A stretch of 64,000 bases of DNA from Ignavibacteriota bacterium (GTDB taxonomy: Bacteria; Bacteroidota; Ignavibacteria; Palsa-1295). The position numbers and the translations under genes are program-made. Each line of letters starts with the position of its first letter. The stretch's first letter is position 1. The notes beneath the pieces were generated by a model, which did no database searches, was not told the origin of the DNA, and was given only the letters and a program-made list of their open reading frames with translations. Below, piece after piece: positions 39,473 to 48,492 of the stretch. The stretch spans positions 352,001 to 416,000 of the forward strand of contig CAWBEI010000003.1 in the NCBI GenBank assembly GCA_963787835.1. The letters are read 5' to 3'.

Positions 39473-41026
39473 TCAGTGAGCAGACGCCATCTCTGCCGTC
39501 GGGACGGATTTGCCTTTCCGGATCGTCAAAATAAGCGGCAGGCATGCCACAAAAAAGATCGTTACAAAAACAAATACGTCAAGATAACTTTTGACCATCA
39601 CCTGCCGGGTCACCATGCCATCGAGTGCTGCTACGGCTTGTTGTTTCGCAACCGCCAGAGACGAGCCTTTTGAAACGAACGTCTGTACCAGCCCATTCAA
39701 ACGTGTTTGTGTTGCGGTACTGTACTGTGAAACGTGCGAGATCAAGCCGATGCGATTGTTCTGAAGGCGATTTGCAAGATACGTGTTAACGATTGCAATA
39801 CCGAATGAACCTCCCAACTGCCGCATCATATTATTCAGTGCAACGCCTTGTGGAATATCACGAGGGTGTAACCCGGAAACCGCAAGCGTCGTGATCGGGA
39901 TAAAACACAGCGGAAGACCGATACCGCGAATGACAAGCGGCCCGAAAAAGGTCCACCATCCAGCATCGAGGCTGATATGCGAAAGCATAAAGGTATAGAC
40001 CGCAGTAAGCGCAAAACCGGTGAAGATCATGATCTGCGGTGGCATTCCTCGTTCTTGTATTTTACCCACAAAGGGCAGAACGAACAGCGTCACGATCGCG
40101 CCGGGCAAGAGCAACAATCCCGTTTGCATCGCGGTATATCCCAACAGCCGTTGCGCAAAAACAGGGATAATAAAAACCGAAGAGAATAAACCAAAGCCAA
40201 TAATAAACGTGAGGAACGCGCAGAATGCAAGTGTCCGGCTCTTAAGCACATGCAGTTCCACGACAGGATGCTCCGTTGTCAGCTCGCGCCAGATAAAGAG
40301 CGAAAGTGAAATAATAGAAGTTATCGTGAGCATCACGATCGTTCGGGAATCGAACCAATCCTCGGTTTCGCCGCGCTCGAGCACGTATTGCAGAGAAGCA
40401 ATACCAACGATAAGCAATAGAATACCCTCCCAATCGATCCGGCCTACCTTACGCTCATGCTTCGGTTCCTTTACATACGTCCAGGAAAGAATGGCTGCGG
40501 TAATGCCGATCGGAATGTTCACGAAGAAGATCCACGGCCAGGTAAAATTATCGACGATCCATCCGCCGAGCGTGGGGCCGATCGTCGGCCCGATAACTAC
40601 ACCCAACCCAAAAAGGGCCGCCGCCATCGGACGTTCTTTGACCGTGAACGTATCGAATAGTATGGATTGTGATGTAGAAAGCAGCGCTCCTCCGCCAATA
40701 CCCTGCATGAACCTAAAAAAGACGAGTTCTACAAGCGTATGCGAGTTCCCGCAGAAAAATGAGGCCGCTGTGAACAGCAAAATAGAAAAGACATAATAAT
40801 TCCTGCGGCCGAACAGTCCGCCAAGAAAACTCGTCATCGGAATGATAATAACGTTCGCGATCGCATAGGCCGTAATGACCCACGCCACGTCCTCGATGGT
40901 CGCCCCGAGGGATGCGCTCATATCCGAGATCGCGACGTTCACGATCGAGGTATCGATCAACTCGATCACCGCCGCAGTAATGACGGTGATGACGATGATC
41001 CACTTACGAAAACCCTGTTCTGCCAT
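39473..41026 (-). CDS. DHA2-family MFS efflux permease (EmrB-like)
   Basis: IDTSIVNVA, WVITAY, FRFMQGIGGG, GPTIGPTLGG, WPWIFFVNIPIG and MRQLGGSFG. Confidence 0.95.
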   Translation of the reverse strand: MAEQGFRKWIIVITVITAAVIELIDTSIVNVAISDMSASLGATIEDVAWVITAYAIANVIIIPMTSFLGGLFGRRNYYVFSILLFTAASFFCGNSHTLVELVFFRFMQGIGGGALLSTSQSILFDTFTVKERPMAAALFGLGVVIGPTIGPTLGGWIVDNFTWPWIFFVNIPIGITAAILSWTYVKEPKHERKVGRIDWEGILLLIVGIASLQYVLERGETEDWFDSRTIVMLTITSIISLSLFIWRELTTEHPVVELHVLKSRTLAFCAFLTFIIGFGLFSSVFIIPVFAQRLLGYTAMQTGLLLLPGAIVTLFVLPFVGKIQERGMPPQIMIFTGFALTAVYTFMLSHISLDAGWWTFFGPLVIRGIGLPLCFIPITTLAVSGLHPRDIPQGVALNNMMRQLGGSFGIAIVNTYLANRLQNNRIGLISHVSQYSTATQTRLNGLVQTFVSKGSSLAVAKQQAVAALDGMVTRQVMVKSYLDVFVFVTIFFVACLPLILTIRKGKSVPTAEMASAH

Positions 41027-41058
41027 TTTCTTTGAAGCTAATGCTTAATTGGAATGGC

Positions 41059-42084
41059 TTACCACTTGCCGGTTGTCACGGTCACATCCACGCTCATGCC
41101 GGGCCGAAGCGGAGCTTTCGAGTAATCACCACGATCCACCAGGATCTTCACAGGTACGCGCTGCGTAACTTTTACAAAATTCCCGGTGGAATTGTCCGGC
41201 GGTAACAGCGAGAATTTCGCTCCCGTAGCAGGCGAAACAGAAAGGACCGTTCCGTGAAACGTCGAGTCAGGATACCCATCGACCACAAACTCGGCGTGCT
41301 GGCCAGGCTGAAGATCGTGCAATTGGGTTTCCTTGAAATTAGCGGTGATCCAAATATCGCCCTGCGTCACGGCCATAAGCGGTTGACCGGGCTGAATGAA
41401 CTCACCAACCTCTACATTCTTTTTTGCTACAATTCCCGCGACCGGTGAGGTGATCGTCGTATAAGAAAGTTGGAGCCTTGCATTATCGATATCTACTTGT
41501 TTCTGCCCGATCTGCGACTGCGCAACTGCAACTTGTGCATCGGCGGCAGAGGCGGCGTCGATCGCACTTTTTAGTTGCGCGGCAGCAACGTCGTCTGCAG
41601 CTTGATACCCATCGAGCTTCTCCTTTGTGATGGCGCTGCCGGCAAAAAGTCCTTTTGCGCGCGCAAGATCATCCGCTGCTTTTTTGCGGCTCACTTCCGC
41701 GGTGATCACACTCGAATGCGCTACGGATGCTCCGGCCTCGGCGCTCCGAGCTGCTGCCTGTACGTTGACAAGCGCGGCTTGTGCAGACCGGACTTTCAAC
41801 GAAAGATCATTCGTATCGAGCCTTACTAGTAACATGTTGGAATCGACATGATCGTTATCGTTCACGTTGACCGAAGCGACATATCCACCAACGCGCGGGA
41901 TGATCGGCGTAATATCTACATCGATCTGCGCATCATCCGTGTTCTCATGCGTTTTATTGTATTGGATGATGTGCCAGCCGTAGTATCCGGCTGCAATTAG
42001 AATGATCCCAAAAATAAACGGTAATGCTTTTCGAAACCCGCTTTTAGGGGCTTTGCCTTGCTCTTCCGTGGTTGTTTCTGCCAT
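41059..42084 (-). CDS. HlyD/EmrA-family membrane fusion protein
   Basis: TDDAQI, ANFKETQL and SPATGAKFSLLPPDNSTGNFVKVTQRVPV. Confidence 0.95.
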   Translation of the reverse strand: MAETTTEEQGKAPKSGFRKALPFIFGIILIAAGYYGWHIIQYNKTHENTDDAQIDVDITPIIPRVGGYVASVNVNDNDHVDSNMLLVRLDTNDLSLKVRSAQAALVNVQAAARSAEAGASVAHSSVITAEVSRKKAADDLARAKGLFAGSAITKEKLDGYQAADDVAAAQLKSAIDAASAADAQVAVAQSQIGQKQVDIDNARLQLSYTTITSPVAGIVAKKNVEVGEFIQPGQPLMAVTQGDIWITANFKETQLHDLQPGQHAEFVVDGYPDSTFHGTVLSVSPATGAKFSLLPPDNSTGNFVKVTQRVPVKILVDRGDYSKAPLRPGMSVDVTVTTGKW

Positions 42085-42131
42085 ACTATTGTTGAAAAAG
42101 GTGACTGACGTTAATTAGACGACTGAAAATG

Positions 42132-42848
42132 CTACTGTGACGATTGAACTCTTTTTTTATTGCCTGCCCCCACTGCCACAGGGCGCGCCGCCACAGGGCG
42201 CACTAACTTCCGCGGCAGTGTTTTCTGCTTCAGATGATTTTTTCTTACATCCGTTTCCAGAATACCCTCGAATAAAATTGTGATCAAACTTTGAAACGCA
42301 ACCTGCGCCGTGCAGGGAAGCTCTCCAAGCGATTGCGGTGTCATTAAACTCTCGACCGCTGCTGTGTAACTCCTCAAAATAACTTCCGCCGGTACATCCG
42401 AGCGAAACACGCCATGTTTGATTCCCTCTTCGAGCAATATCCCAAATTTTCGGAACCGGGCCTGTTTCACCTCATGTATCTCCTGCCACACTTCCGGTGC
42501 GTGGATGAAGACATCCCGCGAAAGTACCGGCGAAACACGCTGATGCTGAAACCCGATCATCGACATCACTTCCTTTAGCTTCTCAAGGACGGGCATCGCT
42601 CGGTTTGAAACGATCACATCGATCTGTCTTGCCGATTCCTGGAGTTTCGGCAAAATAACCGCGCGAAGAATGTCTTCCTTCGTTTCGAATTCCTTATACA
42701 GCGTTTTTTTACTGATACCGATCGCCTGGGCGATCTCGGTAGCTGAAACCTTCGAGTATCCGTGTTCGTGAAACAACTCCCGCGCCGCATCGACAATGCG
42801 GCTCCGGAGGGTCTGATCCTGTTCGACGTTGGCGACCGTTTCTTTCAT
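42132..42848 (-). CDS. TetR/AcrR-family regulator
   Basis: RIVDAARELFHEHGY...IAQAIGISKKTLYKEFETKEDIL. Confidence 0.92.
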   Translation of the reverse strand: MKETVANVEQDQTLRSRIVDAARELFHEHGYSKVSATEIAQAIGISKKTLYKEFETKEDILRAVILPKLQESARQIDVIVSNRAMPVLEKLKEVMSMIGFQHQRVSPVLSRDVFIHAPEVWQEIHEVKQARFRKFGILLEEGIKHGVFRSDVPAEVILRSYTAAVESLMTPQSLGELPCTAQVAFQSLITILFEGILETDVRKNHLKQKTLPRKLVRPVAARPVAVGAGNKKRVQSSQ

Positions 42849-42858
42849 TCAGGTCTCT

Positions 42859-42887
42859 GGAAACCCAAAATGGGAAGATTGGTTTCC
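42859..42887. promoter_or_regulatory. Candidate TetR operator
   Basis: GGAAACC-N15-GGTTTCC immediately upstream of the tetR start codon. Confidence 0.6.
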
Positions 42888-42914
42888 GAGCCGATATTAT
42901 TTTTTTATTATTGC

Positions 42915-43949
42915 TCAAAATAAACCCCAGGAACCCGCTCTTCGAAAGTGATGCACCGAGAGCGGCTCCCGATAGCCTGTCATCCCATATTTCAGCGATA
43001 ACGCCTCGATTACCTTATGCATATAATCCGCATAGCCGCCCAAACCGGACATGCGGGTACCCCAATTCGGATCGTTTAACTTCCCGTTGCGGATCATGCG
43101 TATGCGCGTGATAACCCGATTCGCTTTTTCCGGATAATTCTTTTCGAGCCAATCCGTAAAGATCGGCGCTACGGCATACGGCAAGCGCAGAATGGTGTGT
43201 GCAACCCATTTCGCGCCATTCTCGCTTGCGCGCTTCAGGATCTGCGGAACTTCATTATCGTTTAACCCCGGAATGATCGGCCCGACCATCACTCCGACGG
43301 GTACATTCGCTTTTGCAAGTTCCTCCATCGCCTTGAATTTCCTGTCAGCGGTCGAGGTGCGCGGTTCCAGTTTGCGACGAAGTTCCGGATCGATCGATGT
43401 GATCGAAAGCATCGTTCGCACAAGATTAAGCTCTGCAAGCTCCTTCAGCAGATCGAGATCGCGAAGGATGAGCGCATTCTTCGTAAGAATGCTCACCGGG
43501 TTTCGATATTCCAGAAATACTTCGAGCAGTTGCCGTGTCAGTTTATGGGCACGCTCGGCGGGCTGATAGCAATCCGTGTTGCCGCTCATCATAATGCACT
43601 GCGGCATCCAATGAGGATTGCTGAACTCCCGGCGCAGCAATTCCGGCGCGTCATGCTTGACCATGATCTTCGTCTCGAAATCAATGCCGGCGTTGAATCC
43701 GAGATATTCATGGTAAGGCCTGGCACGGCAATAGGCGCAGCCATGCTCGCACCCGCGATATGCATTCAGCGAGTACGCCGTCGGGATGTCCGGACTGTCA
43801 TTCTTGAACAGAATGCTTTTCGCGTGATCCGGAATAAATTGCGTTTGAAGCACCGGCAATTCTTCGGCTAAGGTTTCCCAACCATCGTCGAAGGTTTCGC
43901 GGCGTGTTGTTTCAAAGCGGTTTTGTGGTAATAATATTGTTCCTCTCAT
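42915..43949 (-). CDS. PA0069/Rv2578c-family radical SAM protein (SPL-like, DNA-repair associated)
   Basis: NDSPDI...YRGCEHGCAYCRARPYHEYLG...GIDFE; SGNTDCYQP; LEPRT. Confidence 0.9.
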   Translation of the reverse strand: MRGTILLPQNRFETTRRETFDDGWETLAEELPVLQTQFIPDHAKSILFKNDSPDIPTAYSLNAYRGCEHGCAYCRARPYHEYLGFNAGIDFETKIMVKHDAPELLRREFSNPHWMPQCIMMSGNTDCYQPAERAHKLTRQLLEVFLEYRNPVSILTKNALILRDLDLLKELAELNLVRTMLSITSIDPELRRKLEPRTSTADRKFKAMEELAKANVPVGVMVGPIIPGLNDNEVPQILKRASENGAKWVAHTILRLPYAVAPIFTDWLEKNYPEKANRVITRIRMIRNGKLNDPNWGTRMSGLGGYADYMHKVIEALSLKYGMTGYREPLSVHHFRRAGSWGLF

Positions 43950-44082
43950 AATTATGATTCTCTAAGAAATGGGTGCCCGTCATTCTCAATTGAATTGTCA
44001 TTTAATGAACAGCCGTCTTTTATTCATGAATTTATGCAACATGGCGATTCCAGCCGAATTTCATCACTTCTTATTTTCCCCT

Positions 44083-44110
44083 TTCATAATTCATATTTCA
44101 TAATTCATAC
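44083..44110. repeat. 7-bp tandem repeat (four TTCATAN units)
   Basis: TTCATAA TTCATAT TTCATAA TTCATAC. Confidence 0.7.
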
Positions 44111-44236
44111 TTTCCCCATAGGTGCTCATTATAGTAGTGCCTAATATAGCACATTTTTAGGGAGGGTGTTTAAAAGCGAAATTTAAAGAACACAGCACGG
44201 ATTAAGCATTCGCATCGTTTCCTATTTTAGAAACGC

Positions 44237-44821
44237 ATGCCTGAGCCAAATCCCGAACTACTCATCATCGCAGGCCCGAACGGAGCCGGCAAGACGACGT
44301 TCATCAATACCTATTTACCGGAGTACACCAACGTCCGCGAGTTCGTCAATGCCGACCTGATCGCAAAGGGCATTTCGCCATTCGAGCCGGAGGGTGCGAT
44401 GATCGAGGCGGGGAGAATTCTCCTCTCGCGCGTTCACCAGCTTATCGTCGAGAAGATCTCCTTCGCGCTCGAAACGACCATGAGCGGGAAAAGCTATGCC
44501 ACGCTTATTGAAATGGCAAGGAAGACCGGTTATGAAGTTCGGCTGTATTACATTTACCTGAACTCGGTAGAGCTTTCGCTGAACCGTATTGCGGACAGGG
44601 TACTCGAGGGTGGACACAATGTGCCGCGCGAGGATGTGCTCCGCAGATACAACCGAAGCCTGAAAAACTTCTTCGAACTCTATTTGCCAATGGCGGACGA
44701 ATGGCAATTATTTGACAATTCGGGTTCAGATTGCCTGCCCGTTGCGGTATGGAAGAATGGTGAGATTAATGTGACGGAACCATCGTTATTCAAGGAAATA
44801 CAAAGCAAACATGTCTACTGA
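44237..44821 (+). CDS. Zeta-toxin-like P-loop kinase/ATPase
   Basis: AGPNGAGKTT, FVNADLIA, FALETTMSG, RVLEGGHNVP and FDNS. Confidence 0.88.
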   Translation: MPEPNPELLIIAGPNGAGKTTFINTYLPEYTNVREFVNADLIAKGISPFEPEGAMIEAGRILLSRVHQLIVEKISFALETTMSGKSYATLIEMARKTGYEVRLYYIYLNSVELSLNRIADRVLEGGHNVPREDVLRRYNRSLKNFFELYLPMADEWQLFDNSGSDCLPVAVWKNGEINVTEPSLFKEIQSKHVY

Positions 44822-45008
44822 TGTTTACCAACTTCCTTCCGTGAAAGCCGCGAAACGCGCGACGGATAAAGTGAAAGAACAACACCGCCGCTCCGGCGAA
44901 CCAATGGTCATCTCACCCGAACCCCACCTCCTGCAATGGGTGGTGCCACAACCCGATGGCACGATGAAAGTGGTGAGAGAAGAGCGACTGGGTGCTACTC
45001 CTTTATGA
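44811..45008 (+). CDS. Small hypothetical protein overlapping the zeta-like gene (putative partner/antitoxin)
   Basis: 11-nt overlap; AAKRATDKVKEQHRRSGEPMVI resembles the small ORFs usually found next to this ATPase family. Confidence 0.6.
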   Translation: MSTDVYQLPSVKAAKRATDKVKEQHRRSGEPMVISPEPHLLQWVVPQPDGTMKVVREERLGATPL

Positions 45009-46329
45009 ACTTCGACCTTGAGTGACCATCGCTTAGGAAATAAACACCGGATGGAAGCAAGGAAATATCAAGCACATTGCCATTTCTGCGAACTTCGTAA
45101 CTCCGGCCAAGTGGATCGAGAATGGAAATTATCACGGCAGATGATACGAAATTAAGAATATTCATTGCCGGATTAGGATAAAGATATTCCTGACTGTTTT
45201 CCACAATCGAAACCGGAACTCCATCGGTAACGGGCACAAGACGTGTGAGCATGGAACCTGAAACAGGGCGCTGCTGACCATCAATTATCTCAGTATCGGC
45301 ATCAACAACAGGAATGATAGCAACAGCACTTCCAGAACTTGCCGTAACGATAGATGTCACATAGTTTGGGATAATACTATCAGAAACAACGCTATCAGTA
45401 ACCCATGTGTTTCCATGATCCGTACTCGCAACAACTATCGTCGAAGGGCTCTCGCCAAGAAAAATTGTATTCTCTTCTATATCTGAATTGCAATATGGCG
45501 CGGCAATATGAGTTGTGTCGGCAATAGGCTGCTCGACCCAATGTGTGCCAAGGTCAGACGAAGTAAACACAAGAGTGGACCATACTGTTTTCGAAGCATT
45601 GAGGCGAATTCCAAAAGCCCTCATGGTATCTCCACCCCCGAATTGGAAATAACGAATAACGATATTGGAATCCGAATAAGGACCGGCCGGTATAGGTCCT
45701 AAATATGAATTAGTTACCGTTTTCCCGTAATCCAGAGTAGTATAAACAAACGGCCCAGCCATAATTCGAAACATGCCATTACCATAAGAATGGCACGCTG
45801 AAGCCGTAGAAAAAGTGGTGATGCCGCCATTCCAACTCATTCCGCCATTGCTGGTAGTATAAAAGTGCTGAGTATTAGTAGCAATTATACCTTCCATAGC
45901 ACTCGAAAAGTGCAACATGGAATTGTAATAACCTATCTCTTCTGGTATCCATGTAGCTCCCCCATCCGACGATCGCCAAAACAAGTCAGAACCATTTACA
46001 GCGTACACGTTAAGAGAGTCGACCTGTTGCATCGCCACAATATCCTCCTCCGGCGAGGTAGTATCATATATCGAGGGCAGCGAATGCTTTGCCCACGTTG
46101 CTCCGCCGTCTGTGCTGGTCATTGTAAAATAACTATTAGATGTGTTTGTACTTGAAACCTCCCCCCATGCTACGTACGAGTTGCCAAAAGACGAAACTGC
46201 ATTGAACCCATATACAAAGGTATCGACGTTAGCAGGCTGTACGACATCCCAACGGTATTGAGCCTTCGTTCCCGGGACAAACACTATGAACGACAGAAGC
46301 ACAAGCAAGGAAAATTTAATTTTTAGCAT
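44995..46329 (-). CDS. T9SS-secreted BNR/Asp-box beta-propeller protein
   Basis: Signal peptide TKA|Q; repeated S.DGG.TW boxes; CTD LYPNPA...LDPLG...LPSGVYFL...KFIKE. Confidence 0.85.
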   Translation of the reverse strand: MLKIKFSLLVLLSFIVFVPGTKAQYRWDVVQPANVDTFVYGFNAVSSFGNSYVAWGEVSSTNTSNSYFTMTSTDGGATWAKHSLPSIYDTTSPEEDIVAMQQVDSLNVYAVNGSDLFWRSSDGGATWIPEEIGYYNSMLHFSSAMEGIIATNTQHFYTTSNGGMSWNGGITTFSTASACHSYGNGMFRIMAGPFVYTTLDYGKTVTNSYLGPIPAGPYSDSNIVIRYFQFGGGDTMRAFGIRLNASKTVWSTLVFTSSDLGTHWVEQPIADTTHIAAPYCNSDIEENTIFLGESPSTIVVASTDHGNTWVTDSVVSDSIIPNYVTSIVTASSGSAVAIIPVVDADTEIIDGQQRPVSGSMLTRLVPVTDGVPVSIVENSQEYLYPNPAMNILNFVSSAVIISILDPLGRSYEVRRNGNVLDISLLPSGVYFLSDGHSRSKFIKE

Positions 46330-46468
46330 AGGTACGGGTTATTCTGATAAGGAGACGAGGGGCTATTATGGCGAACAATCCCTCGATAGTTTAAAACGCA
46401 CAGGGGTCCATCGGGTTACAAAAAATCTTTAACAAAACACGTGTCAAAGAGACAACTATTCTACCCTA

Positions 46469-48490
46469 CTAATTCACCTTCTTATACAGCACAATATTAA
46501 CGGTTCTGGAATAGAAGCGGCCTTCGGGGATGTCGTTATCGAAGAGCAATTTCGATTTACCGAGACCGCGCGCCACGTAATCCTTCGCGCCAAGCAATTT
46601 GGCTACGGCGTTCGCGCGGTCCTCGGTGAGTTGAATGTTTAGCGTATCCTCGCCGGTTCGGTCGGCGTAGCCGGTGATATAGGCAACGGTCCCAGGCGTT
46701 AGCTGCTTGCGAATGAACTCGATCGCCCGCTCATTTTGCGGATCGATCTTCGAGGAACCGAAGTCGAACAGCACAAGGGTATATCGCTCGATGACGGTAT
46801 CAGCCACGCGTTCGAGGCGCTTCTTGCTGATCGTTTTTTGGCGCACCGGAATGGTTCCGATCGAGGTCACTTCCTGACCGACGGAGTCCGTGATCGTCAA
46901 ACCATACTCAATGGTATCCTCGGTACGCGGTATCTTCGCCGAAACCGAACGGAGATCCCAGTCCCACGTCTTTGGCTTGCTGCCGGAACCATCGTTATGA
47001 TACAGCGTCATCACGGGCTGCGTGACGTACATATCCCAGTGCTTGACGCCCGCCTGTGCCTTCACCGTTGGCACGAATTCCATACCCGGCGGATTCGTCG
47101 TGAGTTGAGTATCGGCAAGGAATACCGGCGCAAGAATGGCAGGATCCGAAGCCGCAATTTCCACACGGCGATTCTCTTCTTTTCCTTCCTGCTGCGTAAG
47201 CGAAGATGGTTTTGAAGGAAGCCCTCTCTTTTCGAGCGTCATGCGCGTTGGCGCAATCCCCCACACCTGCTCCAAATAAACAGCAACGGCATCCGCCCTT
47301 GATATGCCAAGGTTCTTATCGGCCAATTCTTCTGGCTCGTTCGAGGTGCATCCCGTTAAGGTCAGCTTCGCGTTAGGATGCTGGCGCATACGCAAACCGA
47401 TGATGTTCAGGATGTCGTGATAGACGCGAACATTATCGGTGGAGTCCGTTTTGCGAATATCCCAATCCGCTGCCTGGGCTGCGGTGATCGCATGATAGCG
47501 GGAAGGAATAACGCTGTTATCGAGTCCGAAGAGGACGAATGGCAGAAGCGGAGTTTGCGTGGTGGAATAAAATTCCTCAACCGCGACGGAAAGATTCGTC
47601 GAATCCTTCACACCATCCGTAATACTGTACGCCTTGATGCCAACGACCAACGCAGGCGGTGGAGGTGGTGGTGGCGGAGGAGGCAATGGCGGTGGTGGCG
47701 GCGCGATCGTCGTGATCGGAGTGTAGCCAATGCTGACTCCGGCGCGAAGTGCGTTTACCGTCCAGGTGAGTCCATTCACCATCTGGGACAGGCCGTAATC
47801 GAACGACACCTCCGGAATAAGATGCATCGAGCCTGATGCATTGAGTTGCAATGGGTACGACACACCCGCCATGACCCCGATACGGATTTTTTCTGCATCC
47901 GGAATATCGCCCGAATAAACGTTCCTCGTTCTGGAGTTTGAAGGATAGAACACCCCTTGATTTGCCGGCTGGGTCAGCGTTTCCGATTGATTGTAGGTGC
48001 TCTGCAAGACCATTCCAATATCGGCACCAGCCATCAGGCGAAGGCCGCCGAGATCGTACGCATAATAGGGTTCCAGCGACCCAACAGTAAAGTGTGAGGC
48101 GATCGTGTGCTCATCGACTCCTGCCACCGGCAACGCATTGATAGCAATAAGGATCGATTCATCGTCCTTCAGAGTTCCCGCCAGAGAGCTGATCGTTGCG
48201 CGCACACCGATATGCCCCGGCCCGAATGCATCGTAGTCGTAAAAGAACCCTCCTTCATATCCCCACCCATCGCCGGTCTTGAACAGCGGGCAGCAGTTCG
48301 GAATACCCGGAAGCGCCTGAAAATTCGCGACATCCATATTATACGAACCGTTCAGCACGATACCGAACGTACTCTTCGAGGTATCGTAACGAGGAACGGA
48401 AGTTTGCGCCTGAACAGCCGTGACGTTCAGCACAAGAACTGCCGAACAGACTACGAAGAGTCCCGATGCGATACGAACAAGGCTTGTCAT
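46469..48490 (-). CDS. OmpA-family outer-membrane protein (beta-barrel, poly-Pro linker, two OmpA_C-like domains)
   Basis: Signal peptide VQA|Q; beta-strand region; PPPPPLPPPPPPPPPPA; SRADAV...NRRVEI and LFDFGS...GYADRTG...RANAV. Confidence 0.82.
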   Translation of the reverse strand: MTSLVRIASGLFVVCSAVLVLNVTAVQAQTSVPRYDTSKSTFGIVLNGSYNMDVANFQALPGIPNCCPLFKTGDGWGYEGGFFYDYDAFGPGHIGVRATISSLAGTLKDDESILIAINALPVAGVDEHTIASHFTVGSLEPYYAYDLGGLRLMAGADIGMVLQSTYNQSETLTQPANQGVFYPSNSRTRNVYSGDIPDAEKIRIGVMAGVSYPLQLNASGSMHLIPEVSFDYGLSQMVNGLTWTVNALRAGVSIGYTPITTIAPPPPPLPPPPPPPPPPALVVGIKAYSITDGVKDSTNLSVAVEEFYSTTQTPLLPFVLFGLDNSVIPSRYHAITAAQAADWDIRKTDSTDNVRVYHDILNIIGLRMRQHPNAKLTLTGCTSNEPEELADKNLGISRADAVAVYLEQVWGIAPTRMTLEKRGLPSKPSSLTQQEGKEENRRVEIAASDPAILAPVFLADTQLTTNPPGMEFVPTVKAQAGVKHWDMYVTQPVMTLYHNDGSGSKPKTWDWDLRSVSAKIPRTEDTIEYGLTITDSVGQEVTSIGTIPVRQKTISKKRLERVADTVIERYTLVLFDFGSSKIDPQNERAIEFIRKQLTPGTVAYITGYADRTGEDTLNIQLTEDRANAVAKLLGAKDYVARGLGKSKLLFDNDIPEGRFYSRTVNIVLYKKVN

Positions 48491-48492
48491 TA

